From: Octopus sinensis
Taxonomy: Eukaryota
Direction: 5' to 3'
Assembly: GCF_006345805.1 (NCBI RefSeq)
Contig: NC_043002.1
Span: 1,364,001-1,428,000, forward strand
DNA: 64,000 nucleotides
A program made the translations under genes and the position numbers. Below the pieces are notes generated by a model. It ran no database searches and was not told the origin of the DNA. It worked only from the letters and a program-made list of their open reading frames with translations. Numbering within the stretch: position 1 is the first letter of the stretch; each line of letters starts with the position of its first letter. Below are positions 13,795 through 27,415 of this stretch, piece by piece.

Positions 13795-13952
13795 AGAAGA
13801 ACATGAAGAAGAAGAAGAAGAAAAAGAAGAAGAAGAAGAAGAAGAAGAAGAAGAAGAAAGAAGAAGAAGAAGAAGAAGAAGAAGAAGAAGAAGAAGAAGA
13901 AGAAGAAGAAGAAGAGAAGAAGAAGAAGAAGACGACGATGACGACGATGATA
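13795..13952. repeat. (GAA)n-(GAC)n microsatellite
   Basis: Direct reading; explains the poly-K/E/F ORFs. Confidence 0.95.
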
Positions 13953-14000
13953 ATGAAACGTAGCCAAACTTTGAAAGCTTTGAATTGTATTGATTGTATT

Positions 14001-14320
14001 GGAGAAGGCGCGTGGTTTGGTGGTTAGGTCATTCGGTTCACGATCGTGAGTTCGGTTCCTGGCCGGGCATTGTGTCCTTGAACAAGGCGCTTAAGTCGCG
14101 TTGCTCCACTCAGCTGGAAAAAAGTGAGTTGTACCCGTAATTCAAACGGACAAGCCTCGACATATTCCGTGTCATTCTGAAGCTCCCTGAGAACTTACGT
14201 TAAGCGTGCGCATGTCTGTGGAGTACTCAGCCACTTGGCATGATATTTACATGAGCGGGCTGTTCTGTCGATCGGATCAATTGGAACTCTCATCGCTGTA
14301 ATCAATGGCGTGCCACTTAA
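14001..14320 (+). mobile_element. tRNA-derived SINE with a CORE-like central domain
   Basis: A-box-like TGGTTTGGTGG and B-box-like GTTCGGTTCC, followed by TTGTGTCCTTGAACAAGGCGCTT, resembling the CORE-domain start TGTGACCTTGGGCAAGTCACTT. Confidence 0.7.
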
Positions 14321-14384
14321 TTAACCGGGAAAATGAGCAGAATAGTACAAACTAAATGAGAGAACATAAAGTTATCCTAAAATA

Positions 14385-15185
14385 CCCTGGGTACCCAAAA
14401 GAAACTGGACCTTTGCAATATTATTTTATTCACTCAGTATTACAAGTTTACACTTTTATCGCCTTCAAAGTGTTCTCCATTTGAAGCAATGCTTCAGCCC
14501 AGGAGTGTTCTCCACTGTTCGAAACAGTCCTGGAACTCTTGCGATGTGATGCCTTGTAACGCCTCCATCGGTTTTTTTCTTCTTCACCTCTTTCACATCA
14601 GCTTTCGTCATCACTGATGACACTCGAACAAAGTTTCCGATCAATTTCCAACTCTTCTTCCGTGAACAAGCGAGGCACAAATTTTGCTGCGACTCTTTTC
14701 ATTTGCAATTCCACGCTCCAAATTTGTTGGCAGGAGCTCCAGTACATACCAGTCATATCAACAGGTTCGTCAATTGTTCAGTAATGGTCGACGGTTGTCC
14801 TGAACGAGGTTGGTTTTCAAGTGACAAGAAACCATTCCTAAAGCGTGGAAGCCACTCGTAAACTTGTGTTTTGCTCATGGCAGCGTCCCTGTAAGCTGTT
14901 TGAAGTATGACAACTATTTCGACTGCCATTTTCCTCGGCAGAAAACAGAATTTGACGGAAGTACGCTGTTTCTTCGTTTCAGTCATCGCAAAAATCGACG
15001 AACAAGGGAGAACCACTGCAAAATAAAGACGCATCATGTAACAGCCCGACCTACGCCGACGATACCGGTCGGCAGATTGATGCCTAAGGGTTGAATGAAG
15101 TGGCTTCTAGTGGCGGAAACCTGAACTACAACGGGCTTGTCCTACAGGGAACGTTTCCGTTTACTTTTAGGTACTTCCTCGTGTA
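14385..15185 (-). mobile_element. Internally deleted mariner
   Basis: N-terminal QRTSVKFCF...AYRDAAMSKTQVYEW...QPRSGQPST and VAAKF join directly to C-terminal KPMEALQGITSQEFQDCFEQW; the DDD core is absent. Weak TIR remnants GTACC(C/T)AAAAG near both ends. Confidence 0.75.
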
Positions 15186-15239
15186 ACATATTCCTAGTAA
15201 CTCTCTCTAATGATCCTTTCTACAAGGCTTGAAATTGAG

Positions 15240-15419
15240 GGAGGGGATATTCAAATATATTGGCCTCAACACCCAACTAGTACTTATTTAAATGTCACCT
15301 CGAAAGGATGGAAAGGCAAAGTCGGCCTCGGTGGAATTTGAACTCAAAACATAAACACGGACGGAATGCAGCTAATCACTTTGCCCAGCGTGCTAATGAT
15401 GCTGTCAGCTCGCTGCCTT
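15240..15419 (-). mobile_element. ~230-bp tRNA-derived SINE, diverged copy
   Basis: Minus strand starts AAGGCAGCGAGCTGACAGCATCATTAGCACGCTGGGC...GAGTTCAAATTCCACCGAGGCCGACTTTGCC, homologous to the copies at 35 kb and 56 kb. Confidence 0.85.
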
Positions 15420-16739
15420 ACCTATTTCTAATAATGAGAAAACTTCAAAAAATAGTGAAAAAGTATTTCCTGGTGGGTCTTGTGTCTTTCATTATACTGT
15501 GTTTTTTTTTTAGAACGTGGGTTTTGTATATGCCACATAACAGTATGATATGCAATACCATGGAACGGGGTTGGCACCAATTGTCTCCACTTGATGTATC
15601 TTCAAATACTCTGCCAACAGCTACAACATATCCAAAACAACTCCTAATGAACTATAACAACTTCTTAACAATTTCCTGCGACTCCACAAACTCACGAACG
15701 ACACCTTTCGACTTCCTGCGATTCTTATCTCTCGCTCTCAGTCAAACACGATGCTACTTATACGAGTTCGGCGAGTCCATTCTCACAGGAGGTGTCATGA
15801 TTCTCGCCATAATACCTTTCCAATGAGAAATCTTGCAAAATTATTCTGAAGTATTCGCCATTTTCTTGGAACTAAATTAGAAAGTAAAATGTTCTTGCAT
15901 GCTGAATCTTTAAGTTGCTTTGATTTCGGTTGAAGACATGGAAATTAAAAGAAAAAAATGGTAAAATTAACGGAAAATTATGCATTCTTTTGTAGTAAAT
16001 CCATTATGGTTTATAGAGAAATAGGCATTTGGTGAATAATGTGTGAGATTCGTAGCCAAGGGATTTTCAAACCACTTGCATTCGGTTTTATAGAGTTTCT
16101 GCCCAAGATAGTTCGTCCTCTCACTCGACCAGATAACAAATTATTTAGTTTTCCTCGACCAGATAACAAATTATTTAGCTTTTCATTAGTAATCAATACA
16201 ATAATGAATATGATACAACGATTTTGCACATGTGTTGTTTCAAAATTAGATATTTATATTTATTTTCTTACATATTGAATAAAAAATATGAAATGATGTA
16301 GATGGTCCGACATAGTTGAACTCAGAAAGAGAGAGATAGAGAGGGGGGAAAGAGAGAGGTGGAGAGAGTGTTATACAAAATTAACCCCCGAAAAAGGATC
16401 GGAAACTAACTGAAAATAATCATTAAGGCTTAGTAAATGTTAGCGTTGAATATCTCGTAAAATACTGAATCGTTGGATTGTTTTCAGCTTTTGATATAAT
16501 GACATTTGCAATCAGTTTTAATTAACGTGAATTCTTTTGACGATATAACTAAAAATTAGACTATTTCAATCTATTAGTGACGTTTCTTTCAGCTGCATCA
16601 TTTCCAAGATCCTTCACTGCCAAAACACATTGACAAAGAACCCCTATCATGATTTTATCCACAAGATAAAACTGAGAAGGTCTAGAAACATTAATGGATT
16701 ATATACGTTTTAGCTCAAATTAAGGATTAGGGATTACGG

Positions 16740-17275
16740 AGCTGTGAAATGGTACGAACATAAATCAGGAGTCACCGAGAACAAGGAACATAAGATACTG
16801 TGGGATTTTACAATCCAATGTGACTCTAATGGAGGCTCGGAGATTAGATATTGTTGTGGTAGATAAAGGAAAACAAAAGACCAAGTTCAAAGATATCGCA
16901 ATACCTGGAGATGCATGCATAAGTAACAAATAACTAGAAAAGATTGGAAAGCACAGACTACTAAAAGAGGAAATTGCTGGCACGTGGGCCATGAGGAGAG
17001 TGTCTGTCACTCCAGTATTCTTAGGGGCACTCAGAGTAATAACAACCATGATCGAAAGATATGTCAAAGAAACCAGAAGCCCAAAACATTGCTCTGCTGG
17101 GGACAATTAGGATTTTGAGACTGATACTTGGATGTTGAATATCTCCCACGATGATTAGCAAAGCTTATAATGTACGGACAAAAGACCCTATGACACCTCT
17201 GACAGTAGGCTGCTGTCCGCTCTCACAGAATCTACCAGAACGAACAAAACCAAACGTTCTGAGAAGAAAGACAAC
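16740..17275 (+). mobile_element. Old divergent R4/Dong LINE 3' end (RLE domain + 3' UTR)
   Basis: KWYEH...ENKEHKILWDFTIQCD...RLDIVVVDK...DIAIPGD...EEIAGTW...PVFLGAL...NIALLGTIRILR, followed by the (TAA)n tract at 17276-17344. Confidence 0.85.
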
Positions 17276-17294
17276 AATAATAATAATAATAATG

Positions 17295-17344
<50 letters not shown>

Positions 17345-19773
17345 CTGAACAACTTTGGACCCCCATAACAACTGAAGAGGTCACCCAGGCACTGCAAAAA
17401 CTAAGCAACTGGAAGGCACCTGGGCATGACAAGATCCCCAACTTCTGGTTGAAATATCTAACAGGAATGCACAAAAAGCTGGCTGAAAACTTTAACAGCA
17501 TACTAGCAGAGCCAGAGACAATGCCTGAATGGCTCACGAAGGGGAAAACCATCTTAATTCCCAAATCAAATGAAACAGAAAAACCAGAAAACTACAGACC
17601 AATAACCTGCCTCCCTACTATGTTCAAGGCATTTACTGCAGTGATATCACAAAGGCTGAACAAGCACCTGGACGAAAACAAACTGTTCCCAGAAGAGCAG
17701 AAAGGATGCCGCAAAGGCTCATATGGCTGTAAAGATCAACTAATGATTAATAAAGCCATAACTGAAGACAGCCACAGTAAGAAGAAAGGCCTCAGTATGG
17801 CCTGGATCGACTACAAAAAGGCGTTTGATAGCATCCCCCACACATGGATCCTCGAAACACTAGCCATTAACAAAGTAGCACCAACAATCATAAAATTCAT
17901 AGAGCACTCTATGAATAAATGGCAAACAGTCCTACACCTCCAAACAAAAGAGGGACTCATGAAAACCAAAGACATCCCCATTAGAATAGGAATATTCCAG
18001 GGAGACACGCTCTCTCCACTCCTTTTCTGCTTGGCACTGTCACCTCTATCTGATATGCTAAATAGAACTGGATGCGGATATAAATGTTACGGCAAAACGA
18101 TCAGCCACCTTTTATATATGGATGACCTAAAACTATACGCTGCAAATGACAAACAGCTGGAAACACTATTAAAGACAGTTCGTGGATTTACCAAAGAAAT
18201 AGATATGAAATTTGGATTAGAAAAATGCGCCAAAGTAACCATGAAAAGAGGAAAACTAGTTAAGAGTAACAACATCACACTAGATAAAACCAATGAAATA
18301 AAAGAATTAGACCAAAGCCAAACTTACAAATACTTAGGAATCCATGAACTAGATAAGACACAACACACACAAATGAAAGAGAAAATAAAAAAAGAATATT
18401 ATAGACGAGTTAGATCAATACTAAAAACAGAGCTCAATGCTAAAAACAAGATAATAGGTATCAACACTTTAGCTGTCCCAATTATAAGTTACAGCTACAA
18501 TATCCTTAACTGGACATGAAATGAACTGTCCAAAAATAGATAGGAAAACAAGAAAAATACTGACAGGATCTAGGATGCATCACCCAAAATCTGACATAGA
18601 ACGACTATGTATACAACGTATAGAAGGTGGTAGAGGCCTTATACAGCTGGAAAACTACTATAAAATAACCACCATAGGACTGCAAAAATACCTACTTCAG
18701 AAGGAAGGAAAACTGATCTAGATAGCAGCAAAACACGAGCAAAACAAAAAACTGTTCTCAGTATTTAAGGAAGCTGACAAATACAAACAAGAAATCATAC
18801 CACCTAATAGACACAAAGAAGAAGAAGAAGATGATGAAGAAACAACAAAAGCTATAAAACAAATGAAATCCAAACTAAAAATAGAACAGCAACGAGCCAT
18901 GATAAAACGATGGCAAGAAAAACCCCTTCATGGTAAATACTGCACTAAACTAAACGCAAAAGAAATAGACAAAGAAAAATCCCAGCAATGGTTGAGAAGC
19001 TCAGGACTCAAAGCAGAAACAGAGGGATTTTTAATTGCAGCACAAGACCAAAGCCTCCCCACCAGAAATTACCAAAAACATGTAATGAAAAGAAATATAA
19101 CAAGTAACTGCAGAATATGTGGAGATGGACAAGAAACAATAAATCATATTATCTCTAGCTGCCCAGTCCTGGCTAAGAAGGAATATATTCACAGACATGA
19201 CAGAGTTGGAACCTACATACATTGGAAGCTATGCCAACATTATGGAATAACAACAGAAAAAAGATGGTATAGGCACACACCAGAAAAGATCACAGAAAAC
19301 GAGAAAGCAACCATACTCTGGGATATGCCGATACACACAGATAGAGAAATTAAGGCCAACAGACCAGATATAGTTGTCAGAGATCATGAAGAAAAAAAAT
19401 GCTTTCTAATTGATGTATCAATACCGGCAGATGACAACGTGTCTCTAAAAGAAATGGAGAAACTCTCAAAATACAAAGACCTGGAAATAGAGGTAACTAG
19501 AATGTGGAATCTGAAAACAGAAACAATTCCTATCATAGTAGGTGCATTAGGCATGATAAAAAATATTCAGACAAATACATAACAAAAGCACCAGGACTTA
19601 CAAACACATATAACATACAGAAAATTGCACTACTAGCACTGCACACATCCTACGCAGAACACTTTCCATACAATAACCATCAGAGCATCACAACAAATCA
19701 CAGCACATACCCAAGGCACACAGAGCTGCGCTCGGTAGTGAAGTGAAAGCACGCTAAAAAAATAAAACTACTG
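17345..19773 (+). mobile_element. Young R4/Dong-clade LINE copy A (5'-truncated; RT + CCHC + RLE; inactivated)
   Basis: RT motifs NYRPITCL, IDYKKAFDS, GIFQGDTLSP, YMDDLKLY; CRICG...HIISSC; RHD; RPDIV...LIDVSIP. TGA at 18517, TAG at 18719, and homopolymer frameshifts at ~18535 and ~19560. (TAA)n on both sides. Confidence 0.97.
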
Positions 19774-19868
19774 AATAATATAATAATTATAATAATAATA
19801 ATATATAATAATAATAATAATAATATATAATAATAATAATAATAATAATGATGATGATGATGATGATG

Positions 19869-19917
<49 letters not shown>

Positions 19918-19985
19918 TGATGATGATGATGATGATAATAATAATAATAATAATATTAATAATAATAATAATAATAATAATAATG
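19774..19985. repeat. (TAA)n/(TGA)n tail of Dong copy A
   Basis: Direct reading. Confidence 0.95.
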
Positions 19986-19989
19986 ATAA

Positions 19990-20168
19990 AGGTTTCAAAT
20001 TTTGCCGCGACCGAAGGCAGCCATTTTGGAGCAGGGGATGCGACGCTTATATCGACCCCAAAAGGATGAAAGGCAAAGTTTACCTCGTTAGAATTTGAAC
20101 AGAAAATGTCAAGGTGGACGAAATGCATTTAGCCTGGCGTTCTGACGATTCTGCCATCTCGCTGCCTT
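19990..20168 (-). mobile_element. ~230-bp SINE family, diverged copy embedded in TAA tracts
   Basis: CGACCCCAAAAGGATGAAAGGCAAAGTTTACCTCG...CTCGCTGCCTT matches the SINE family. Confidence 0.8.
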
Positions 20169-20222
20169 AATAATAATAATAACAACAACAATAATAATAA
20201 TAATATAATAATAATAATAATA

Positions 20223-20264
<42 letters not shown>

Positions 20265-20335
20265 CAACAATAATAATAATAATAATAATAATAATATAAT
20301 AATAATAATAATATAATAATAATAATAATAATAAT

Positions 20336-20366
<31 letters not shown>

Positions 20367-20392
20367 TAACAATAATAATAATAATATAATAA

Positions 20393-20427
<35 letters not shown>

Positions 20428-20438
20428 TTAATAATAAT

Positions 20439-20585
20439 AAATGCCCTGATGCATTACCAATGCACATGTGGTTGTGTTGCCTGGGACTGATGTACCTTTA
20501 TCAGACTGGTAGTCATGATGGGTATACTGGGCTTCGTATATTTTACCCCAGTGTCACTTTGATGGCATGCATTGCTCTCTCACTC
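20439..20585 (+). mobile_element. Internally deleted copy of the TAA-flanked non-coding element X
   Basis: The first 21 nt and last ~120 nt match the reverse complement of the two ends of 26840-27384. (TAA)n on both sides. Confidence 0.85.
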
Positions 20586-20657
20586 AATAATAATAATAAT
20601 AATATGAAGAAGAAGCCGAGAGAGTAAAATGCATTATTGGTTTTTGTTTTTACAATA

Positions 20658-20692
<35 letters not shown>

Positions 20693-20716
20693 CTTTGTCT
20701 TCTTTTCCCACTCTCA

Positions 20717-20751
<35 letters not shown>

Positions 20752-21929
20752 TGTGTGTGTGTATGTATACATGTACGTTTTAAGGAAAAATGTGTTATAT
20801 ATATTGATTTGTTTTGGCAAAAGGATGATATTTGATTGAAGGCGCCCTCTATTGTAAACAATACACATTGATTAAAAATAGCGAGAACGTTGCATTCTTT
20901 TTTGCATTTTTTTTACCTGATATTTCTTTAAAAAGTTGATGGAATTTTCCTCCGTTTTTATATGTTTCATGTGCCAACGTAAACAATATAATTATTCAGT
21001 TTAATGCACCTATTCATGAAGAAACAAGATTAAATTGAACTGAATATAAATAAGAATAGTAACATAATTCTAAATAATCCATTCAGAAGTAAATAAACAA
21101 GGAAATATATACTTAAGTTTTTTTTTAAAGTTTGCCAAGTCCATACATCTTTATAGCAAAATGACGACGAAAGAAATAAGTTAGAAGGGAAAGAGGTAGA
21201 AATGGAATAAATATTTTTGTACACTCTTCAAAGAAAATAAATAGCCTTAATTATATAGTAAATATGACAATGTTATTAAATTAATATATTTCTATAAGAG
21301 ATTGAAATAGCGACAATAACAAGTATTAATATTTGTGCATTAACAAAAATGTCTTATATTTCTAGTGTTTTCAAGAGAGATAAAGAATTTACCAGACAGA
21401 AATACAGACATTTCTTAGAATTTAGAAATTATATTACGTTTATGCAGATGTGTGTGTGGTGTGTGTGTGTGTGTGCATACGGTTACATACGGGTTCAGTG
21501 CATCTTGACTGTAGCATATATATTTTTTCGCTCTTTTATTTGTTTATTTAAATGTAAATGAATTCTTGTTTGTCTCTACAAACTGCCGGGTTACAAAACA
21601 TTGAGTTTTTCAGCAATGAAATAACCTATCAGTTGCACGTCACATATCGCTATCAATGATAAATTGATAAATTTCTCACAAAATATATATTGTTAGCTCT
21701 TTTTCTTGTGAGATTTTGCTTTAGCTTGTATTATAAATCAATTTCTAAACTGGAAACTCATACACATGGCGTCTAGTTAAAATGCAAACATACGCGCATG
21801 AGTGTGCGCACGCACACATGAATATATGCTTTTATGTCAAGTTATGTATAACAGACATTTTAACGTCAAACTGGAGGCTTACTAAATACATTTTAGTTGA
21901 TTACATATTAATTTTTACTACGAAAAGTA

Positions 21930-23200
21930 ACTTTCGCCCTGTTAGAATCCTTTTCCAGATTGTAGAAGACAAGAAGGATGGTTTTTCTCGTCTTGTACAG
22001 AAACTCAAGTTGATTGTGCCACAAAGACATGAAAAGCTCATTGAAATTTCAGAAAGATCTTCTCCAGCAGAGACTTGAAGGTCATTTATTAGGATTCTTG
22101 CAAATATTTTGCCAGGAATGGAAGGCAATGATATTCCAGGATAATTCCAACGAAAATTCCAATCTTCTTTGTTGGAGACAATAAGCGTATTTTAGAATTC
22201 ATTTTGCTCAATGCAGATTGTTCCATATTTCGAGGACCAGAATGAAAAATCTGGTTTTGAGAGGTAGATCCCCCCCCACCCTGTTTCAGTGAGTGAAAAG
22301 AGAAGTTGTCTTGCCCTGGAGATTTTCTTGGTTTTATTCTGTTTAAAACATTTACAAACTTTAGAAATGCAGTTTCTACACTCACCTATGGCTGCTTGGT
22401 ATGACGTAGGACATTTCTTAAGAAAGCTTTCGCTGTTGTTAAATTCTCACTCAGTAGAAAAGGAAAAAATGTTCCTCCCAATATTCAGCCATATCTTGTG
22501 GATTTATCAGGATGTTATTGTTGTCTGCAGGTAAAAAGGTTATTTGTTGATGCTTCTACAGGACTAAACATTAGCTTCGTTCCAGCAAAGGAGATTCTGA
22601 GCTGATGAGTATCTGCATAGGTCTCAAGCTTTATTGCTTTCTGTCGCCATCTTTTGAATTTTTGATGGTTATTTCTAAATCTTGTTTGAGGAGTTGGTTA
22701 ATTTTGTTGTCGTTTTTGCGCTTATTTTTGGTGAAATCAATGGCATATTTTGTTGTTTCAAATTGATGACCATTCTCCATCAAGAAAGCCATGGTAGATG
22801 GATTAGAACTCAGCCCCAGGAGAGTAATTGTTTGAAACTTGTCTTTGCTGACTGGATTTTCAAGTTTTGCAATTTGTTTTCTTCGAAATAGTAATAAGTA
22901 TTTGTTTCTTGGTTTGTCCTGAATAGAAATCTTCATGTGTGTGATGAAAGACAATGGTCTATCCAGCAGTCATTACTACTGGGAGTGAAGGATATCTCTC
23001 AAAGGTCCAGAAGGTGCCTGTGTCTGGAGCATGGTGCATCCATGCATTCACGAATTAAATGGGGAATAAAAACTGGGTGTTGGTAATGAAAAGGAAGCGT
23101 TCCGAAGAGAGGCTAAGGAAGAAAATCCTATTGTGGTTACGCCTTCTTCATCAATGACGTCATTCCATTGCTAATTATCCCTTCCTGTTCTTACCTTGGA
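21930..23200 (-). mobile_element. Degraded RTE-clade LINE (APE C-half to RT N-terminus)
   Basis: Minus-strand remnants ITNT, WMH...HLLD, DCWIDH (APE), then KSPGQD and SIPGKIFARIL (RT). Confidence 0.75.
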
Positions 23201-24434
23201 ATCTTCTTAGAATAGTAATTTGGTTCTGGTTGAAACTTTTAATATGGTGTTAGTTGTTGGTAAATATTGATTTTTTTACATCTTCATCAGCATCAAAATT
23301 TAGAGATATGCTGAGATGAGTGGAATAAAATTGTCTCAAAAATATGGTAGAGTTATAAATTATTCATTGATGGTCTTAAATGATCCTCGTATTAACTGCA
23401 AAACAAACTACTTGAATTGTTTTTTTCTCCTTCTGTTTTCCCTTTTCGAAACAATGCATAACCAGAAACTATCTCTTTAGAGTTTATTTTTTCTGAGAGT
23501 TGTATTTCATAGGACATCATTATTAATATTCAAATAAATAAAAAACGTTCTGTGAGATAAGAGCTGTGCGTCGTCATGCTCTTCCAGTATTGCGAAGATC
23601 AACAAATGTTCTTATATTCCTTGTTCCAAAATCTGGTTGTTGGTCCAGATTCAGTTTCTTAGAATTTCAAACCCACGAAAGCCTGACTCTGTGAGTGTGG
23701 TTGCTCAAGCAGGTATGTTAGGTTACATTTTCTAGAGTCTTCCCTGTTCAGAGTTGGCATCAGAATTCTTGGATAGGATCAGCCAGGTATAGATATTGGA
23801 CCAGAGTCCAAGAGACAGTCAGATCTTGGAAAGTTAGCTAGTATACATATGCTGCCAACATCCAAGACTAGAAACTTCAAGCAACACCAATCCTGCTTCC
23901 ATCATTTTTATCCTTCCATTGTTGTGGTTTTTCTATCAAAATGCATCTGTTGAAGGAAATCCGAGCAGAAAGAAATTTCATTGACATGGATTTGGTTTGC
24001 AGTGAATCTCAACTTGTCAGAGAGAAGTGACCTACATACTATGGTCCCAAGACTTTCCTCTTTAGAATGAGACAGACAGAATCAGGTGATGCAGTTGCAA
24101 TGGACTGTTGCTGATTTGGTTTAGACTTATGTGGTACCTTCTTAGTCTGTCCATCTGGTATTGACCTCCCCATCCGTTCAAACGTTACTGACATTAACCA
24201 CTGTTATTGTCGAGAATCGTTGGACATATTATTTGAACTTTGGTCACATAAAGTGTATTTCCTTAATTGAGGATGAGTCTCTGGACGGCAGCATTACCTT
24301 TGGTCACTGACACTTGTAAACCCTCCACCACAGCAATAAAAGCAACCGTTATGTGTACGTGTATGCATGTACACACACACATATGTATATATTCATACAC
24401 ACACACATGTTATAACCGATAATTATTACTATGT

Positions 24435-24600
24435 CCAGTAGCAGATTGGCAGAATCGTTTGAACGTAGGTGGGAAAATATTTTCTGGTAAATTTCCAGTT
24501 GTTAAAGTTTTAAGTTATAATCTAACTAAGGACGAAATTTGTTTCAGCCTTCCGAAGTCGATAAAATAAACGCCCCAACAAGTACAGGCCTATTTGATTT
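24435..24600 (+). mobile_element. Highly degraded ~230-bp SINE copy
   Basis: GATTGGCAGAATCGTT...CAGCCTTCCGAAGTCGATAAAATAAA aligns loosely to the family. Confidence 0.45.
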
Positions 24601-24713
24601 ATCAAGGCCAATATGCTTATATAAAATAGCAGGGCACTAATCAGCGCCCAAAGGTGCAACTACGATGACACAGAAAGTGCCAACCCATATTAATACATAA
24701 CACACATATTATG

Positions 24714-24786
<73 letters not shown>

Positions 24787-25147
24787 CACAAACACACACA
24801 CAGGAGACCGCAATAAGAGCGATATAACTCAAAAGAGGAGAAATTACTTCATGTAAAATGTGACATACAAATCTTAACTCTACCTGGGTTATATAATAGC
24901 AAGAACCAGGTTTGTTGAATTATTTTGAAAACGAAAGATACCTGATTTTATAGAGAATGACAATGGAAGCGGCTTTGATGTTCATTTCAAAGAGAGGAAA
25001 AGTAACTGGAATTGCTGCTTGGAACTTGCCGTATTAATCACCAACATTCTGTTCAATCGGCACGTAATACTGCAATTAAAATCTATAAAATGAAACTGTA
25101 AATGAAATAATTAAACACATACATGCATACATACATACATACATACA

Positions 25148-25181
<34 letters not shown>

Positions 25182-25592
25182 CATATATAAATACAGCGTA
25201 CATTTAAACACATAAGAGGTATCCGTCATAGGATTCCTTGTACGCTAGAAAGGACAGTTAAATTCCAAACCACTATTAGGGATAAAGTTTCGAAAGGAAT
25301 GAAAAATAAAAAGATTTACCATCTAACTCCTGAACCAATGGTTGCAGACTTTCTTTAGCAAATGAAATAAAATAATATATATATATATATATATATTAGA
25401 AGAAATGAGGTACTCAGAAGATCGGATGGTTTATATTTACAGATATTTATTTGTATAATACATTTTTTATACATCATATAACTTAGATCATGTATTAGCG
25501 CTTTCTCCCATTCTAGTGGGGTTTTCAAATCAAACTAAGTTCCTGTGTGAGAAGATTTGACCATTTTATAGAGTTTTGTAGTGGTGGGGAGG

Positions 25593-25648
<56 letters not shown>

Positions 25649-26787
25649 CACATATATATATATATATGTGTATATATATATATATGATCCCAAGAAATAA
25701 ATATGACATGTTACTGCAAGTATAATGAATGTATGTTTACATATATATGCCTCTGTATTTGCATTAACATACACACATAAACACAAACACGCACGTATAC
25801 ACACACTCCTGTTTAGTACTTGTGTAGGGTGCACGAGCGAACCTATGATCAAAGTTCAAGTTTCAGTTTTGATTATTCCTTGGGGTATTGTTCATCGAAG
25901 AATATATCAGTCAATGTGCACATATTGTTTTTGACCGATGCGGTTGTAATTGAAGGCAGGTTCGGCTGTTACTTCTAGCAGCCCCCGCGACAACCAAGAA
26001 TCTCCCCTATTGTTTCGTAGTAAGGCTGTGAATAGCTTTCGAAATTTAAGCCACCCATTTATACGTCTTAGTTCCCACATTAATCAAAGTACTTTGGTGT
26101 ATGGTATGTTATTCTGTTGCTCCTTATCATCAGCCCCATCCAGCTCTGACCTTTTCCTTTAGTGAGTCGTATAAATTATCATCCAATAAAAGCAGCCACC
26201 ATGTTTTTCTCCCCCTTGTGTGAGTATCTTGGTGCAATCTTTCTCCTTACTCATCTTGTACCACACCGATAATTTCTGGAATGAAATTTAAATAAAAATA
26301 TAAAAGTGTATTATTAACAATATTAGAAAATCCGTTTCGCTCAACGAAACACAAAATTTCTCGAATTTAGTTTTGAATGCAGAGTAGTTACCGTAAGTCG
26401 GAATGATTTTGCACAAACACTTAAATGTCTGCATAAATTATATTTCTAGCGTATTTAGAATATAATTTGAATTCAGTTTATTCTTAAGAGCGTCGGTTCG
26501 CAGTCTCATAGAAATTCCCCGCTTTAAATGTTTTACATTACGAATTATTTTTATAAAGAGACTGAAATCTTCATTTGATATTTTCCATTGTTTTAACAAA
26601 GTTTTTCCTTAATGCTGTTTTCTGCAATTGATCCACCCTTATGATCGATCCACCCTTATGGTTGATCCACCTTATGGTCCAACAATTTGCCAGGCTCCAT
26701 TTCTTGATTGTATTTCCAATGGATTTGGATAGAATTCGGAGCAATGTGTTATCGCTCTAAAATGCTAAACGTCCCCAGTGTTGTCTT

Positions 26788-26832
<45 letters not shown>

Positions 26833-26839
26833 TATTATT

Positions 26840-27384
26840 GAGTGAGAGGGCAGTGCATGTCATCAAAGTGACACCGGGGTAAAATATACGAAGCCCAGTA
26901 TACCCATCATGACTACCAGTCTGATAAAGGTACATCAGTCCCAGGCAACACAACCATGTGTGCGCGACATGGTGATCTCATATCAAGATAAACAGTGCAT
27001 GACCTTACAGGTGGGGCCCAGTTAGAATTTTCTTCTGGTCGAGTAACGCATCCCGCTCAAAAGGTCCCTGAATAAGGATTGTTTAAGTATGTTGAACGAA
27101 CCACCCATGTTTCCAAAGGTGAATTATCTAAACCTCCAACACACGGCTATGATGCTCCCCCACTACTTCTTCTTGTAATCAGAGATGCACATATTGTCAG
27201 CCACTAAGGGACATGCTCAACTGGTTAAGGTGAAACAACTGACAAGCAAATCGGTGGTGTTGAGCAGAATATTTGCTGTAGCCCATCTTTTATATCAAGA
27301 CAAAACAATGTGCATGATAACACTTCCAATCAGTTAAGATCAGAAGCCACGAGAGCCACTGCTTGGTACTGCATCATGGCATTT
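26840..27384 (-). mobile_element. TAA-flanked 545-bp non-coding repeat (element X), full-length copy
   Basis: A homologous copy exists at 20439-20585. (ATT)n on both sides; no ORF or clear A/B boxes seen. Confidence 0.75.
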
Positions 27385-27415
27385 TATTATTATTATTATA
27401 ATTATTATTATTATT

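Noticed and set aside
15308-15826. 172-aa ORF
   Set aside because: Starts inside an antisense SINE, has no recognisable domain and no supporting neighbouring exons.
16127-16185. Short direct repeats (also 26631-26678, 55962-55985, 61957-62028, and the CAG-rich minisatellite at 48485-48560)
   Set aside because: Two or three adjacent units without unique spacers; ordinary slippage duplications, not CRISPR.
27320-27384. Faint resemblance of element X to U2 snRNA (ATCAGTT-AAGATC; TGGTACTGCA)
   Set aside because: Only ~10-nt patches with no collinear match or Sm site; not supportable by eye.
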